Positions 21,500 through 30,473 of a DNA stretch of 64,000 nt are shown here, piece by piece. The stretch covers positions 44,581 through 108,580 of the IMG/VR virus record IMGVR_UViG_3300022562_000051; one strand, 5' to 3'. This stretch comes from a virus. Lineage: Duplodnaviria > Heunggongvirae > Uroviricota > Caudoviricetes. The stretch's first letter is position 1. Each line of letters opens with the position of its first letter. The notes under the pieces are model-generated. The model saw only the letters and a program-made list of their open reading frames with translations, ran no database searches and was not told where the DNA came from. Made by a program: the position numbers and the translations under genes.

Positions 21500-22854
21500 T
21501 GGCAACGGGCGTAAATCCAGCAACGGTTCGTGAGGGACTTGTTTTCCACTATGACATGGGAAACGAGAAGTCCTTCATTGGTGCGCCTACCGTAAACTAC
21601 ATGAATGTGTGGCATCCTCGCAAGGATTCTTCATATACTCCATACGTAGCCAACACTCTGCCGTATCTGTGGCAGAACAATCATCCTAATGCAATTTACG
21701 TAAATAGTTTTATGACTGGTGGCGATATCACCGGTTTTGTCAATAGTGGTGTGGGCGATTGGGGCAATACATTCCACGCCATATGGACATATGATCCTCT
21801 AATTGGTGAACCAGTTATCACTATGAATGATTACGATGGCGGTAACTGGAAGGCATTCAATGGAAACCATGCATTAAATCTAGCTGCGTTAGGACTGACC
21901 ACAGGAGATTATTACACCTACTCATATGATCAGTGGGTTTCCAATACGTCCATTAGAGTAAATCCCGGCATGTACACGATGAATGCCACTAGCGTTACCG
22001 CATTTTGGGATGGACAGGGTGGATCACAAGAGACTGCTATCAATACAAAAGCTGGTGAGTGGCAGCGGCGTTGGTGTACGTTTCAGATCAGTGCAAGTCA
22101 TGATGTTAACAAGGCTTATACTAGATTCTACTGGTATGGTTACTATTATACGCACAACGAAATAGTCAAGATTCGCCGTCCGCAGTTGGAGTTGGGTAAG
22201 AACTATGCAAGTGCCTTCACGCTTGCGCCACGTACCGACAGCAATTCTCTGATTGATATTACAGGACACCACTCTATCAATGTTGCTAACTGTGCCTTTG
22301 GAAACAATCAGGTGTTCTCGTTTACTGGCAGCGCGGGTGCTAACGGAATTTATGTGGACATTTCACCGTCGTACTATCCGGTATCCAACGCAATTCCTAG
22401 ATCGTGGGAAGTTGTTGCATACCCAACGGCAGCACACACAACCGCAGGAATTTTTGGCAATCAGGCGGGAGCCGGTTGCTCGTACATGTGCAATGGTGGA
22501 GTTGCAATATACAGTAGTAATTATGCCGCAAGCTGGTATGACAACACCAGTTATCAGTTTTTAGACAGTACCGTTGCGGCAACAAATGGTGTATATAATC
22601 ACATCATAGTAACGTATGATGCTTCCGATTTCAAGGTAAGAATTTATGTCAATGGCACATTACGCGCCACTTCGTCAGCTACTAATATGAGTTACAATAG
22701 TAATCAGGTTCTTTTTATCATAGGATTCTTGGGTGCCAACGGATTACCATTCACAGGGCAGATACCAATTGCCAAGTATTACTACGGGAAGTGCCTCAAT
22801 GCCAATGAGGTCGCACGTAATTTCAACGCAATTCGCGGAAGGTTTGGACTATAA
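21499..22854 (+). CDS. LamG-like lectin protein 2 with an inserted carbohydrate-binding-like domain
   Basis: GLVFHYDMGNEKSF; insert ...WQRRWCTF...IRRPQLELG; YNHIIVTYD...IYVNG; NFNAIRGRFGL. Confidence 0.75.
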   Translation: MATGVNPATVREGLVFHYDMGNEKSFIGAPTVNYMNVWHPRKDSSYTPYVANTLPYLWQNNHPNAIYVNSFMTGGDITGFVNSGVGDWGNTFHAIWTYDPLIGEPVITMNDYDGGNWKAFNGNHALNLAALGLTTGDYYTYSYDQWVSNTSIRVNPGMYTMNATSVTAFWDGQGGSQETAINTKAGEWQRRWCTFQISASHDVNKAYTRFYWYGYYYTHNEIVKIRRPQLELGKNYASAFTLAPRTDSNSLIDITGHHSINVANCAFGNNQVFSFTGSAGANGIYVDISPSYYPVSNAIPRSWEVVAYPTAAHTTAGIFGNQAGAGCSYMCNGGVAIYSSNYAASWYDNTSYQFLDSTVAATNGVYNHIIVTYDASDFKVRIYVNGTLRATSSATNMSYNSNQVLFIIGFLGANGLPFTGQIPIAKYYYGKCLNANEVARNFNAIRGRFGL

Positions 22855-24185
22855 TGGGATCATATAGCGGTCCAGAAATTGCCAGTGATGGTCTAGTGCT
22901 TTCCCTTGACATGGGAAACATCAAGAGTTTTCGTGGGTTGTATAATACCGCGAATCTCTCCACATGGAATTATGGAACCGGCAGCGTTACCAATTGGAGC
23001 ATCAATGGTGAGTCTGCCGCGAACCAGAGAATCGCAAACACCAATCCATTAGGCGTCATGAGTTGTATTTGGGATACACCATCCAATGACGTTGGTTCGG
23101 ACGCGGACGGTGGTTTCAACAGTGGCTATTGGGCGATTGATCCGGCTTACTACTATCGTTTCTCTGTCTGGATCAAGCGTTACGTTTTAGGTAATGGCAG
23201 CTACTACTTTGGACTGTATGGCATAAATGATGTGAATGCGAACATGGGTGTTAATTATAGGAGTTCGGGAGCCAACACCACCAATCCGTATTTTCAAGCG
23301 GCTGGTTGGACTTTGAATACTAATGATTGGTATCTATTTGTAGCGCATGTACATCCGGCTGGATCGGGTACGGGAAGCAATCATCCAGATACCGGAACCT
23401 ACAACATTGCGGCTGGACAAGTTAACAGTAGCGGTTCGGACTATACGTGGATTGAGGGAACCGCAAAGACCATGATTCGCTCGTATCTCTACTACTCCAC
23501 GGACACCACCACCGCACAAGCTTGGTGGCAACCGCGCATTGACAAGATGGACGGCACGGAGCCAAGCATTGGGGAACTCATCAATGGTGTGGGTGGAAGG
23601 TTAATTGATCTTAGCAGAAGTGGTGCTACGGTAGCCATGGCAAACGGCGCGGAGAATGGATATACGACCACTGGCATTCCTGCGCTGAAATTCAATGGCA
23701 CCAATAGTCATATCATCATATCGGACCTTTACAACTTCTCTGGCACCAACAAGCTGACTGCTGCCATTTGGGTCAAGTCGAATCAGGCTAACTGGAACGA
23801 CACCGGCATGATCTTCTCTCGGCGCAACCAGTTCATCATGCATCCGGCAGTGTCTTCAAAGGTCATCAACTTCTATGTCTACACAACCTCATGGGAGCAG
23901 ATTACAGGAACACCGGACGATATTACTAAGTGGAATCATATAGCCATGACCTATGATGCGGGTGCGTTGAAAGCCTACATCAATGGCGTTCAGGTCAATA
24001 GCGGCAGCGTCGGCGCAACACTAGCCTCTTCTACCTCACCGACACATATCGGTTGGGATGACGCGGGTGTAGCCGGAAGGTATCTTGACGGTGATGTTAC
24101 TTTAGCACAGGCTTGGAATCGTGCGTTGTCGGCTGACGAAATAGCGAAACTCTACAACGCGCAACGGGCAAGGCATGGCGTCTAA
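22854..24185 (+). CDS. LamG-like lectin protein 3 with an inserted domain
   Basis: GLVLSLDMGNIKSF; insert ...WWQPRIDKMDGTEP; WNHIAMTYD...AYING; WNRALSADEI...YNAQRARHGV. Confidence 0.75.
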   Translation: MGSYSGPEIASDGLVLSLDMGNIKSFRGLYNTANLSTWNYGTGSVTNWSINGESAANQRIANTNPLGVMSCIWDTPSNDVGSDADGGFNSGYWAIDPAYYYRFSVWIKRYVLGNGSYYFGLYGINDVNANMGVNYRSSGANTTNPYFQAAGWTLNTNDWYLFVAHVHPAGSGTGSNHPDTGTYNIAAGQVNSSGSDYTWIEGTAKTMIRSYLYYSTDTTTAQAWWQPRIDKMDGTEPSIGELINGVGGRLIDLSRSGATVAMANGAENGYTTTGIPALKFNGTNSHIIISDLYNFSGTNKLTAAIWVKSNQANWNDTGMIFSRRNQFIMHPAVSSKVINFYVYTTSWEQITGTPDDITKWNHIAMTYDAGALKAYINGVQVNSGSVGATLASSTSPTHIGWDDAGVAGRYLDGDVTLAQAWNRALSADEIAKLYNAQRARHGV

Positions 24186-24188
24186 ATA
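24181..24188 (+). promoter_or_regulatory. Late promoter (TCTAAATA)
   Basis: Overlaps the upstream stop; 22 nt before the ATG at 24211. Confidence 0.55.
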
Positions 24189-24210
24189 TTAGACACATCA
24201 GGACAGCAAC

Positions 24211-25374
24211 ATGGCAAACACATACAAAGATATCGTAATTACGCCTAGCCGCTCTTCGGATACCTATAATCCGAATATAGAGTTTCGTGGCGCAAATTCC
24301 GGTTCTAATACACTAATTACCCTGACTGTCCTACCAGACAGTAACGGCACTCTGTCCTTTGATGGAGCTAATACGGGGCAGCTATTCTCCATCAGCAATG
24401 ACATGGATGGAGTTATCTTCTCTGTTAATGACAAGTCGGGTATTCCTTCCATTGAAGTCAACGCAAACGGACAAATTGACTTGGCACCATTTGGTGGGTC
24501 TGTTGTACTTGGTGCGAATGCAACTGTCACCGACATGCCGGTAATTACTACGACTGCCAGCACTCACTATGGAGATAACGCCGCTGGCAAGATTATTTTC
24601 GTTGATTCGGCGTCTGCCGTCACCATCACTCTAGGTGCAGCAGCGACCAGTGGCTTTGGAATTGTTGTTGTTCGTAAAGGTGCTGGTAATGTTACCATTG
24701 CAAACAGTACGGCAGTTGTTCGTTCTAACGTTGCTGCGACTTCTCTGAATATTGCTTCACAAAATTCGGCAGTAACAGCCGTCTATTCTGCTACCAATGC
24801 GGTTTACGTTTTTGGTGATCTTGTTGGGTCTGGCGAGGCTGGTCCCGCAGGACCGCAAGGCACCACAGGAGCCACAGGAACGCAAGGTGCAACAGGTACA
24901 CAAGGTGTTCAGGGTAGACAGGGTACGGCTGGCACAACCTACACCACATCGTCTTCGGTGCAGTTGGGATCACTCGGTATCGGCACAGCCGCGTCGGGAA
25001 CCACTGGTGAAATTAGAGCAACGAATAACATCACCGCATACTACTCCGACATGCGCCTCAAGAAATACTTGGGTAAGATTGAGGAAGCATTGGCGAAGTT
25101 GCGTTCAGTACAGGGATTCTACTACACCGGTAACGAGAAGGCAAAGGAACTTGGATATGTTTCAGACGAGAGTCAACCAGAGGTCGGTGTTTCCGCGCAG
25201 GAATTCAAGGAAATCATGCCGGAAATTATTCGTCCAGCACCAATTGATTCACAGTATATGACGCTTGACTATGCTAAGATTGTTCCCCTGTTGATTGAGG
25301 CAGTCAAGGAACTCGACGCAAAGGTAACATCACAGGGCGAGCGCATAGAAGAACTTGAACGATGGAGTGATTGA
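24211..25374 (+). CDS. Short tail fibre 4 with a mini collagen block and Peptidase_S74 chaperone
   Basis: GQLFSISNDMDGVIFSVNDKSGIPSIEV N-terminal module; [16 protein letters not shown]...; YYSDMRLK...VGVSAQE...LDYAKIVPLLIEAVKEL. Confidence 0.8.
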   Translation: MANTYKDIVITPSRSSDTYNPNIEFRGANSGSNTLITLTVLPDSNGTLSFDGANTGQLFSISNDMDGVIFSVNDKSGIPSIEVNANGQIDLAPFGGSVVLGANATVTDMPVITTTASTHYGDNAAGKIIFVDSASAVTITLGAAATSGFGIVVVRKGAGNVTIANSTAVVRSNVAATSLNIASQNSAVTAVYSATNAVYVFGDLVGSGEAGPAGPQGTTGATGTQGATGTQGVQGRQGTAGTTYTTSSSVQLGSLGIGTAASGTTGEIRATNNITAYYSDMRLKKYLGKIEEALAKLRSVQGFYYTGNEKAKELGYVSDESQPEVGVSAQEFKEIMPEIIRPAPIDSQYMTLDYAKIVPLLIEAVKELDAKVTSQGERIEELERWSD

Positions 25375-25376
25375 TT

Positions 25377-25949
25377 ATGGCAGTTCCAACTATTCCTAGC
25401 TCCATTTCTCTGACAAATATTCAGACTGAATTTGGTGGCAGCAATCCTATTGCCATCAACGAATACTATGCGGGTGGAACCTATGTCGCATCAGGTACGG
25501 CTAATGCAACGTCGGTATCTATCCCCACTAGCGGTACTATTGCATTCTCTAATTTTTCTGGTGCGTCGGCAATATTAAACGGATTGGTTAAAGCTTTTTG
25601 GGTTGATGATGTTGACTTTGGAACTTCTACGGCTGGATGCTATTTTAGTGGAATTAATAATATTTGGAGTGGTTATAGTGCGCCTAATATCGCATCATAC
25701 CAATTCCAGACTTCCAATTCCTCGCCGCTATTGGACGTTAGGTTTCAGAGAACGAGCGGAACCGTACTTTCGGGCGTAGCTAATAACGTCTGGCTTCCAT
25801 TGAATGTGTTAAGACATGCATACCTTACTGCTTCTGCGCCGCAGGCGAGGGAAGGATTTGCTAACGTTGCCATAAAGTACAATGCAAACGCTACCATAAT
25901 TTCTTCTAATATTTGTCGTTGGACATGTTGGGCAGAGGGAATAACATGA
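25377..25949 (+). CDS. Putative fibre-tip cap/adhesin
   Basis: ISLTNIQTEFGGSNPIAINEYYAGGTYV...IPTSGTIAFSNFSG motif directly after the S74 fibre. Confidence 0.65.
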   Translation: MAVPTIPSSISLTNIQTEFGGSNPIAINEYYAGGTYVASGTANATSVSIPTSGTIAFSNFSGASAILNGLVKAFWVDDVDFGTSTAGCYFSGINNIWSGYSAPNIASYQFQTSNSSPLLDVRFQRTSGTVLSGVANNVWLPLNVLRHAYLTASAPQAREGFANVAIKYNANATIISSNICRWTCWAEGIT

Positions 25950-26557
25950 TTATTCACAATCAGTTAAGATTGATCGTGCTATTCAATGCCAAGACTGGAT
26001 CAAAGTCATTGCGAGAAACGATGATTCCGCGTGGTGGATTTAGTGTTGGTGATGGGCTTCATCACAACTCACCATTATGGAGATTGCCGGTTCTGTATCC
26101 AGACTTTGATGTGGAGAATCAGTTAACGGAATATCGTGTTATTGCTTTCTATCGTGATCCTGTTGATCGTTTTCTGTCTGGTATGGCGTGGTATCTGGAT
26201 CATTACCAACTTGATCCAAGCATGAGTGTGGATCAGTTTATAGATGAACATGGATGTATCGGTTGGCAATATTGCTGGTTGGCAAACGTCCTTCCCGGCA
26301 GACCGTGGGATTCCGCGCCATGGCATCCAGTACCAATCGAACTCTATAATTTCCACGATTTCGCAAATGAAGTGGTAAGAATTGCTGATTCCTTGGGATT
26401 TACTCTGAGGGCAAATCAGGTTCCGCATGTCAATGAGAGTACCAATCGTAAATATATTGAGGACTTGACTCAAGCAGAGATTGATAGAATCAAGGAGTTC
26501 TACGCACCAGATTATGCGTTCTTTGCTTCCAAGAATATACAGGTGTCGTCAGCATGA
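25946..26557 (+). CDS. Sulfotransferase family 2-like protein (copy 2)
   Basis: ATGA overlap; LFNAKTGSKSL, IAFYRDPVDRFLSG, VPHVNES, FYAPDYAFFASK. Confidence 0.7.
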   Translation: MIIHNQLRLIVLFNAKTGSKSLRETMIPRGGFSVGDGLHHNSPLWRLPVLYPDFDVENQLTEYRVIAFYRDPVDRFLSGMAWYLDHYQLDPSMSVDQFIDEHGCIGWQYCWLANVLPGRPWDSAPWHPVPIELYNFHDFANEVVRIADSLGFTLRANQVPHVNESTNRKYIEDLTQAEIDRIKEFYAPDYAFFASKNIQVSSA

Positions 26558-26988
26558 GCAGAATCATAAGAATGTTTGTACAATTGAATCGTAGTCCAGA
26601 AGCGCCGCCAGTCATTCTTATCAAGGGCGGTACCTATGGGGATGAAGATGAGCCGAGTGCCGAAGCGTGGTTGCAATTCAACACATCAGGAGTAACCACC
26701 CATCTAGGTCCGTGGGCGTCTATTCCAGATTATACGTGGTTACTTAGTGGCTCCGCAAGCCAATACGATCTTCGTTACGTAAAGACGGCTGGAACACATG
26801 ATTTATCCAGCTATGGGCTGGCAAATAACACTTGGTATAACCTGAATACGGATAGAAAGATAGGGCTTTATATTGCTGACAGTGCGGGGACGATGAACGA
26901 CTGTACCGCAAATGTGTCCATAAAATGGAACGCAAATAGCACCATTTGTCATTCTAATACCATCACTTTCTACGCTGACGGATATTGA
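26554..26988 (+). CDS. Stand-alone paralog of the cap-protein C-terminal tip domain
   Basis: YDLRYVKTAG...LANNTWYNLN...ANVSIKWNANSTI aligns by eye with LDVRFQRTSG...VANNVWLPLN...ANVAIKYNANATI of 25377-25949. Confidence 0.55.
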   Translation: MSRIIRMFVQLNRSPEAPPVILIKGGTYGDEDEPSAEAWLQFNTSGVTTHLGPWASIPDYTWLLSGSASQYDLRYVKTAGTHDLSSYGLANNTWYNLNTDRKIGLYIADSAGTMNDCTANVSIKWNANSTICHSNTITFYADGY

Positions 26989-26994
26989 TAAATA
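26987..26994 (+). promoter_or_regulatory. Late promoter (GATAAATA)
   Basis: 24 nt before the ATG at 27019. Confidence 0.6.
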
Positions 26995-27018
26995 CTTAAT
27001 CAGACGGAGTATGCCCAA

Positions 27019-27336
27019 ATGACACCAAAGTTCCGCTACAAGCACTGGTATCTCAACAACTGGCTGACCAACCGAAATCGGCGCTGGCTTGGGATTACGT
27101 TATACCCCTATATACTGTTTAGGGATGAGAAGGAATTGGTATCAGACAGGCTCTTTAAGCACGAACTCTGTCATATCTATCAGGTTCAGAGGATCGGCTG
27201 GATCAAGTATTACCTGACTTGGCTGTATTACAACATTCGCTATGGCTATTCTGGCAACCCGTTCGAAGAGGAAGCCAGACTCTATGACAACGATCCGCTG
27301 ACAGAACAAGAACGTAAGTGGAAGGAAGAAAGCTAA
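27019..27336 (+). CDS. Small zincin-like metallopeptidase (DUF4157-like)
   Basis: GITLYPYILF...FKHELCHIYQ (HExxH)...NPFEEEAR. Confidence 0.6.
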   Translation: MTPKFRYKHWYLNNWLTNRNRRWLGITLYPYILFRDEKELVSDRLFKHELCHIYQVQRIGWIKYYLTWLYYNIRYGYSGNPFEEEARLYDNDPLTEQERKWKEES

Positions 27337-28124
27337 TGCGTCCAGCAAGTAGAACAGAACTCAAGGACTATTGCCTGCGCAAGCTAGGCTTTCCGGTCAT
27401 TGATATCAACGTGGATGAGGATCAGGTAGAGGATCGCATTGACGATGCTCTGCAACGCTTCGCTGAGTTCAGCTATGACTCGGGGCATCATGACTATCTT
27501 GCCATTCAAATGACTGCGGAAATGCTCGCGAACGGCAGCAACGTCGGGTCGAACACCTTCGGCTGGATTCCAATGCCAGCGGATGTAATTGGTGTTAGAA
27601 GAATTTTCCCGTTGTCGAGCAGCACTGTTAGCAACGGTTCCGGTTCTAGTTTTAATATCTTCGACCTGAATTATCAGTTACGACTCAATGAGTTGTACGA
27701 ATTCACCAGTTCCTCTTATCAGTATTACTGGATTGCCAGAACGCACATTCGTATGCTGGAACTAATTCTAGTTGGTCAGAACCCGATTAGATGGAGCAAG
27801 CATCAGAACCGACTCTACATTGACATGAATTGGAGCGGTCAGGAAATCGCGGCAGGAACGTGGTTCATTGTCGAGTGTGATCGCGTCCTTGATCCAGAAG
27901 AGTTCACGGATGTTTACGACGATGTGTGGCTCAAGGAATACACCACTCAGTTGATCAAGCGGCAGTGGGGCGAGAACCTCAAGAAGTATGGTAACTACAC
28001 ACTTCCCGGTGGTATGGTCATTCAGGGAGACAAGATTTGGCTGGAAGCCGTTTCCGAGATTGCGCGTCTTGAGGATGTGCAGAGAAAGACTTGGGAAGAG
28101 CCACCGATGTTTGAGGTCGGATAA
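27336..28124 (+). CDS. gp13: Neck protein gp13
   Basis: LKDYCLRKLGFPVIDINVDEDQVEDRIDDALQ...KRQWGENLKKYG...LPGG; synteny. Confidence 0.93.
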   Translation: MRPASRTELKDYCLRKLGFPVIDINVDEDQVEDRIDDALQRFAEFSYDSGHHDYLAIQMTAEMLANGSNVGSNTFGWIPMPADVIGVRRIFPLSSSTVSNGSGSSFNIFDLNYQLRLNELYEFTSSSYQYYWIARTHIRMLELILVGQNPIRWSKHQNRLYIDMNWSGQEIAAGTWFIVECDRVLDPEEFTDVYDDVWLKEYTTQLIKRQWGENLKKYGNYTLPGGMVIQGDKIWLEAVSEIARLEDVQRKTWEEPPMFEVG

Positions 28125-29002
28125 TGCCTACCTCAGTATACTTCAATAATCAGGAAGCTTCCAGAGAGCAGATGCTTCTGGAAGACATGGTTATCGAATC
28201 CATTCGTAACCACGGCATAGACATTTTCTACATGCCGCGTACCTCACAGGGAGCCTTGGACTTTCTGTTTGGTGACGATCCTGTGAAGTATTATGAGTCA
28301 GCCTACAAGATTGACATGTATCTGGAAACCTTCAACGACTTCGGTGGGCAGCAGGAATTCTTCTCCAAGTTCGGCTTGCAGATTGAAAAGACGGCTCGCG
28401 TAGCTGTCGCTCGCCGCACCTTTGAAAAGTACGTTCCGAAGTCATTGCGTAACATGCCGAAGGAAGGCGACCTGATCTATCTGCCAGCGCAGCGCAAGCT
28501 AATGGAAATTAGGTTCGTAGAGAAGGACGTTTCGTTCTATCAGTTGGGCAAGCGTCTGCCGTACATGTATGCGCTGTCGCTTGAAACCTTCAAGTACAAT
28601 GGCGAGTGGATAAATACTGGTATTGAAGAGATTGACTTCGTATGTGATGATACAGCATTGTCTACTAATCTAGCAGTTTCCAGCGTAGTCACCGTTGGTG
28701 CGGAATCCTTCCGTCGCGGAGAGATTGCCTATCAGGGTGCGGATGTGGATACTGCAACAGCCAAGGGTGTAGTGGTCGAATTCAGCCTGCCAGCCGGTAT
28801 TCTGAGAGTGCGTAACATCAAGGGCGCGTTCGCGGTTAATACCACCATTACCGGTAGTATTACCGGAACTACCTGTAATCTGGATTCCTACAACATCCTT
28901 GAGACTGCCACCGAAGGCGAAATCGTGGATAACCAACTCATTGAGCAGGAAGCGGACACGATTCTGGACTTCTCGGAATCCAACCCGTTCGGTGAACCAT
29001 AA
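28124..29002 (+). CDS. gp14: Neck protein gp14
   Basis: EQMLLEDMVIESIRNHGIDIFYMPR...FFSKFGLQI...PKEGDLIY...FSESNPFG. Confidence 0.93.
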   Translation: MPTSVYFNNQEASREQMLLEDMVIESIRNHGIDIFYMPRTSQGALDFLFGDDPVKYYESAYKIDMYLETFNDFGGQQEFFSKFGLQIEKTARVAVARRTFEKYVPKSLRNMPKEGDLIYLPAQRKLMEIRFVEKDVSFYQLGKRLPYMYALSLETFKYNGEWINTGIEEIDFVCDDTALSTNLAVSSVVTVGAESFRRGEIAYQGADVDTATAKGVVVEFSLPAGILRVRNIKGAFAVNTTITGSITGTTCNLDSYNILETATEGEIVDNQLIEQEADTILDFSESNPFGEP

Positions 29003-29997
29003 TGTTGTCTGGTCAGCACTATTATCATCGTATTATTCGCAAGCTGGTAGTTGCGTTCGGAACCATGTTCAATAACATGCGTCTGGTGCGCTACGATAAT
29101 ACCACAAATCCATCAGTTGAAGTCGAGCGCATCAATGTGCCGCTGATGTATGCGTCGAAGGAAAAGTTCTTTCAGAGAATTCAGGCTGCGCCGGATCAGT
29201 ACAATCCTGTGAACCTGACGCTGCCGCGCATGGCATTCGAAATGAATGGTATTGCTTACGATCCGCTGCGCAAGATCAGCAACTTCACGGATCAGTTTGC
29301 CGAAGGACTTCCACTTGGCTTGAAGAAAGTCAAGATGACTCCGTACAACTTCGATTTCAATCTGTACATCTTTGTCCGTAACACGGAAGATGGTGCGCAG
29401 ATTGTCGAGCAGATTCTTCCCTACTTTACACCAGACTACACAGTGACTCTGGACTTCGTAGGTATCGAAGACTTCAAGATGGATGTGCCAATTGTGTTCA
29501 ACTCCATCACCTACGACGATTCGCATGAGGGTGATCCAGAATCCACTCGTTCGATTATCTGGACACTGAACTTCACTGCTAAGGGATATTTGTTTGGACC
29601 GGTTGCGAACATTTCCATCATTCGCAAAGCCACCGCAAACATCTACGACAATACGTTTGAGAGCAATCCTCTCAAGCAGATGACGCTGGATACTGGCAGC
29701 GGAACGTATAAGATAGATGAGCTTGTCTATCAGGGTTCCACCATTGGTTCTGCCGTCGCATCCGGTTATGTGCGTTCTTGGAACGCCACTTCGAATACTA
29801 TTGTAGTCTATGACACCAACGGCACGTTCCGAATTGGAACTCAGTTGGTCGGTGCTGTTACTGGTGCTAGATACAATGTAGCAAGCTATGGAATTGATTC
29901 GAATCAATTGGTCAGCATTTCTGTCGAGCCAACTCCTAACACGGCTAACAGCGAAGCAGAAGCTTTTGGATTCAGCACCACGATAACGGAATACTAA
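29002..29997 (+). CDS. gp15: Tail sheath stabiliser/completion protein gp15
   Basis: YYHRIIRKLVVAFGTMFNN...VPLMYASKEKF...LPRMAFEM...QIVEQILPYFTP. Confidence 0.93.
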   Translation: MLSGQHYYHRIIRKLVVAFGTMFNNMRLVRYDNTTNPSVEVERINVPLMYASKEKFFQRIQAAPDQYNPVNLTLPRMAFEMNGIAYDPLRKISNFTDQFAEGLPLGLKKVKMTPYNFDFNLYIFVRNTEDGAQIVEQILPYFTPDYTVTLDFVGIEDFKMDVPIVFNSITYDDSHEGDPESTRSIIWTLNFTAKGYLFGPVANISIIRKATANIYDNTFESNPLKQMTLDTGSGTYKIDELVYQGSTIGSAVASGYVRSWNATSNTIVVYDTNGTFRIGTQLVGAVTGARYNVASYGIDSNQLVSISVEPTPNTANSEAEAFGFSTTITEY

Positions 29998-30473
29998 TGA
30001 ATGAAGTTGACAAACACCTAGACACACTTCTTGGAATTCAGTCGGAGACAATCACGGAAGCGGAAACGTTGGAAGACGTTACCACCGATGTTGTAACCAT
30101 CAAGGAAGGCGACTTGCTTCCTGTTCCAGTAGAGGCGGTAGAAGAACCGAGTTCAGATAACGATCTGGAATACGACTACGAGCTATCGCGTGAAACACAC
30201 CGTGATCTGATTGATCAGGGTAAGGATGCGCTTGACAAATTGCTCAAGGTAGCTGACGAGTCTCAGCACCCTCGCGCCTATGAAGTGGCGGGGCAGCTAC
30301 TCAAAAATCTTTCAGATATGACAGATAAGTTGATGAATTTACACGAAAAAAAGCGAAAGATTGAAGGCGAAGGTAAGCCTAAATCCATTGGTAATGTTAA
30401 TGTAGATAAGGCAGTTTTCGTGGGAACCACAACTGATCTTTTGAAAAGGATAAAGGATGAGTCTGAACACTGA
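29997..30473 (+). CDS. gp16: Terminase small subunit gp16
   Basis: DYELSRE...ESQHPRAYEVAGQLLK...FVGTTTDLLK. Confidence 0.92.
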   Translation: MNEVDKHLDTLLGIQSETITEAETLEDVTTDVVTIKEGDLLPVPVEAVEEPSSDNDLEYDYELSRETHRDLIDQGKDALDKLLKVADESQHPRAYEVAGQLLKNLSDMTDKLMNLHEKKRKIEGEGKPKSIGNVNVDKAVFVGTTTDLLKRIKDESEH

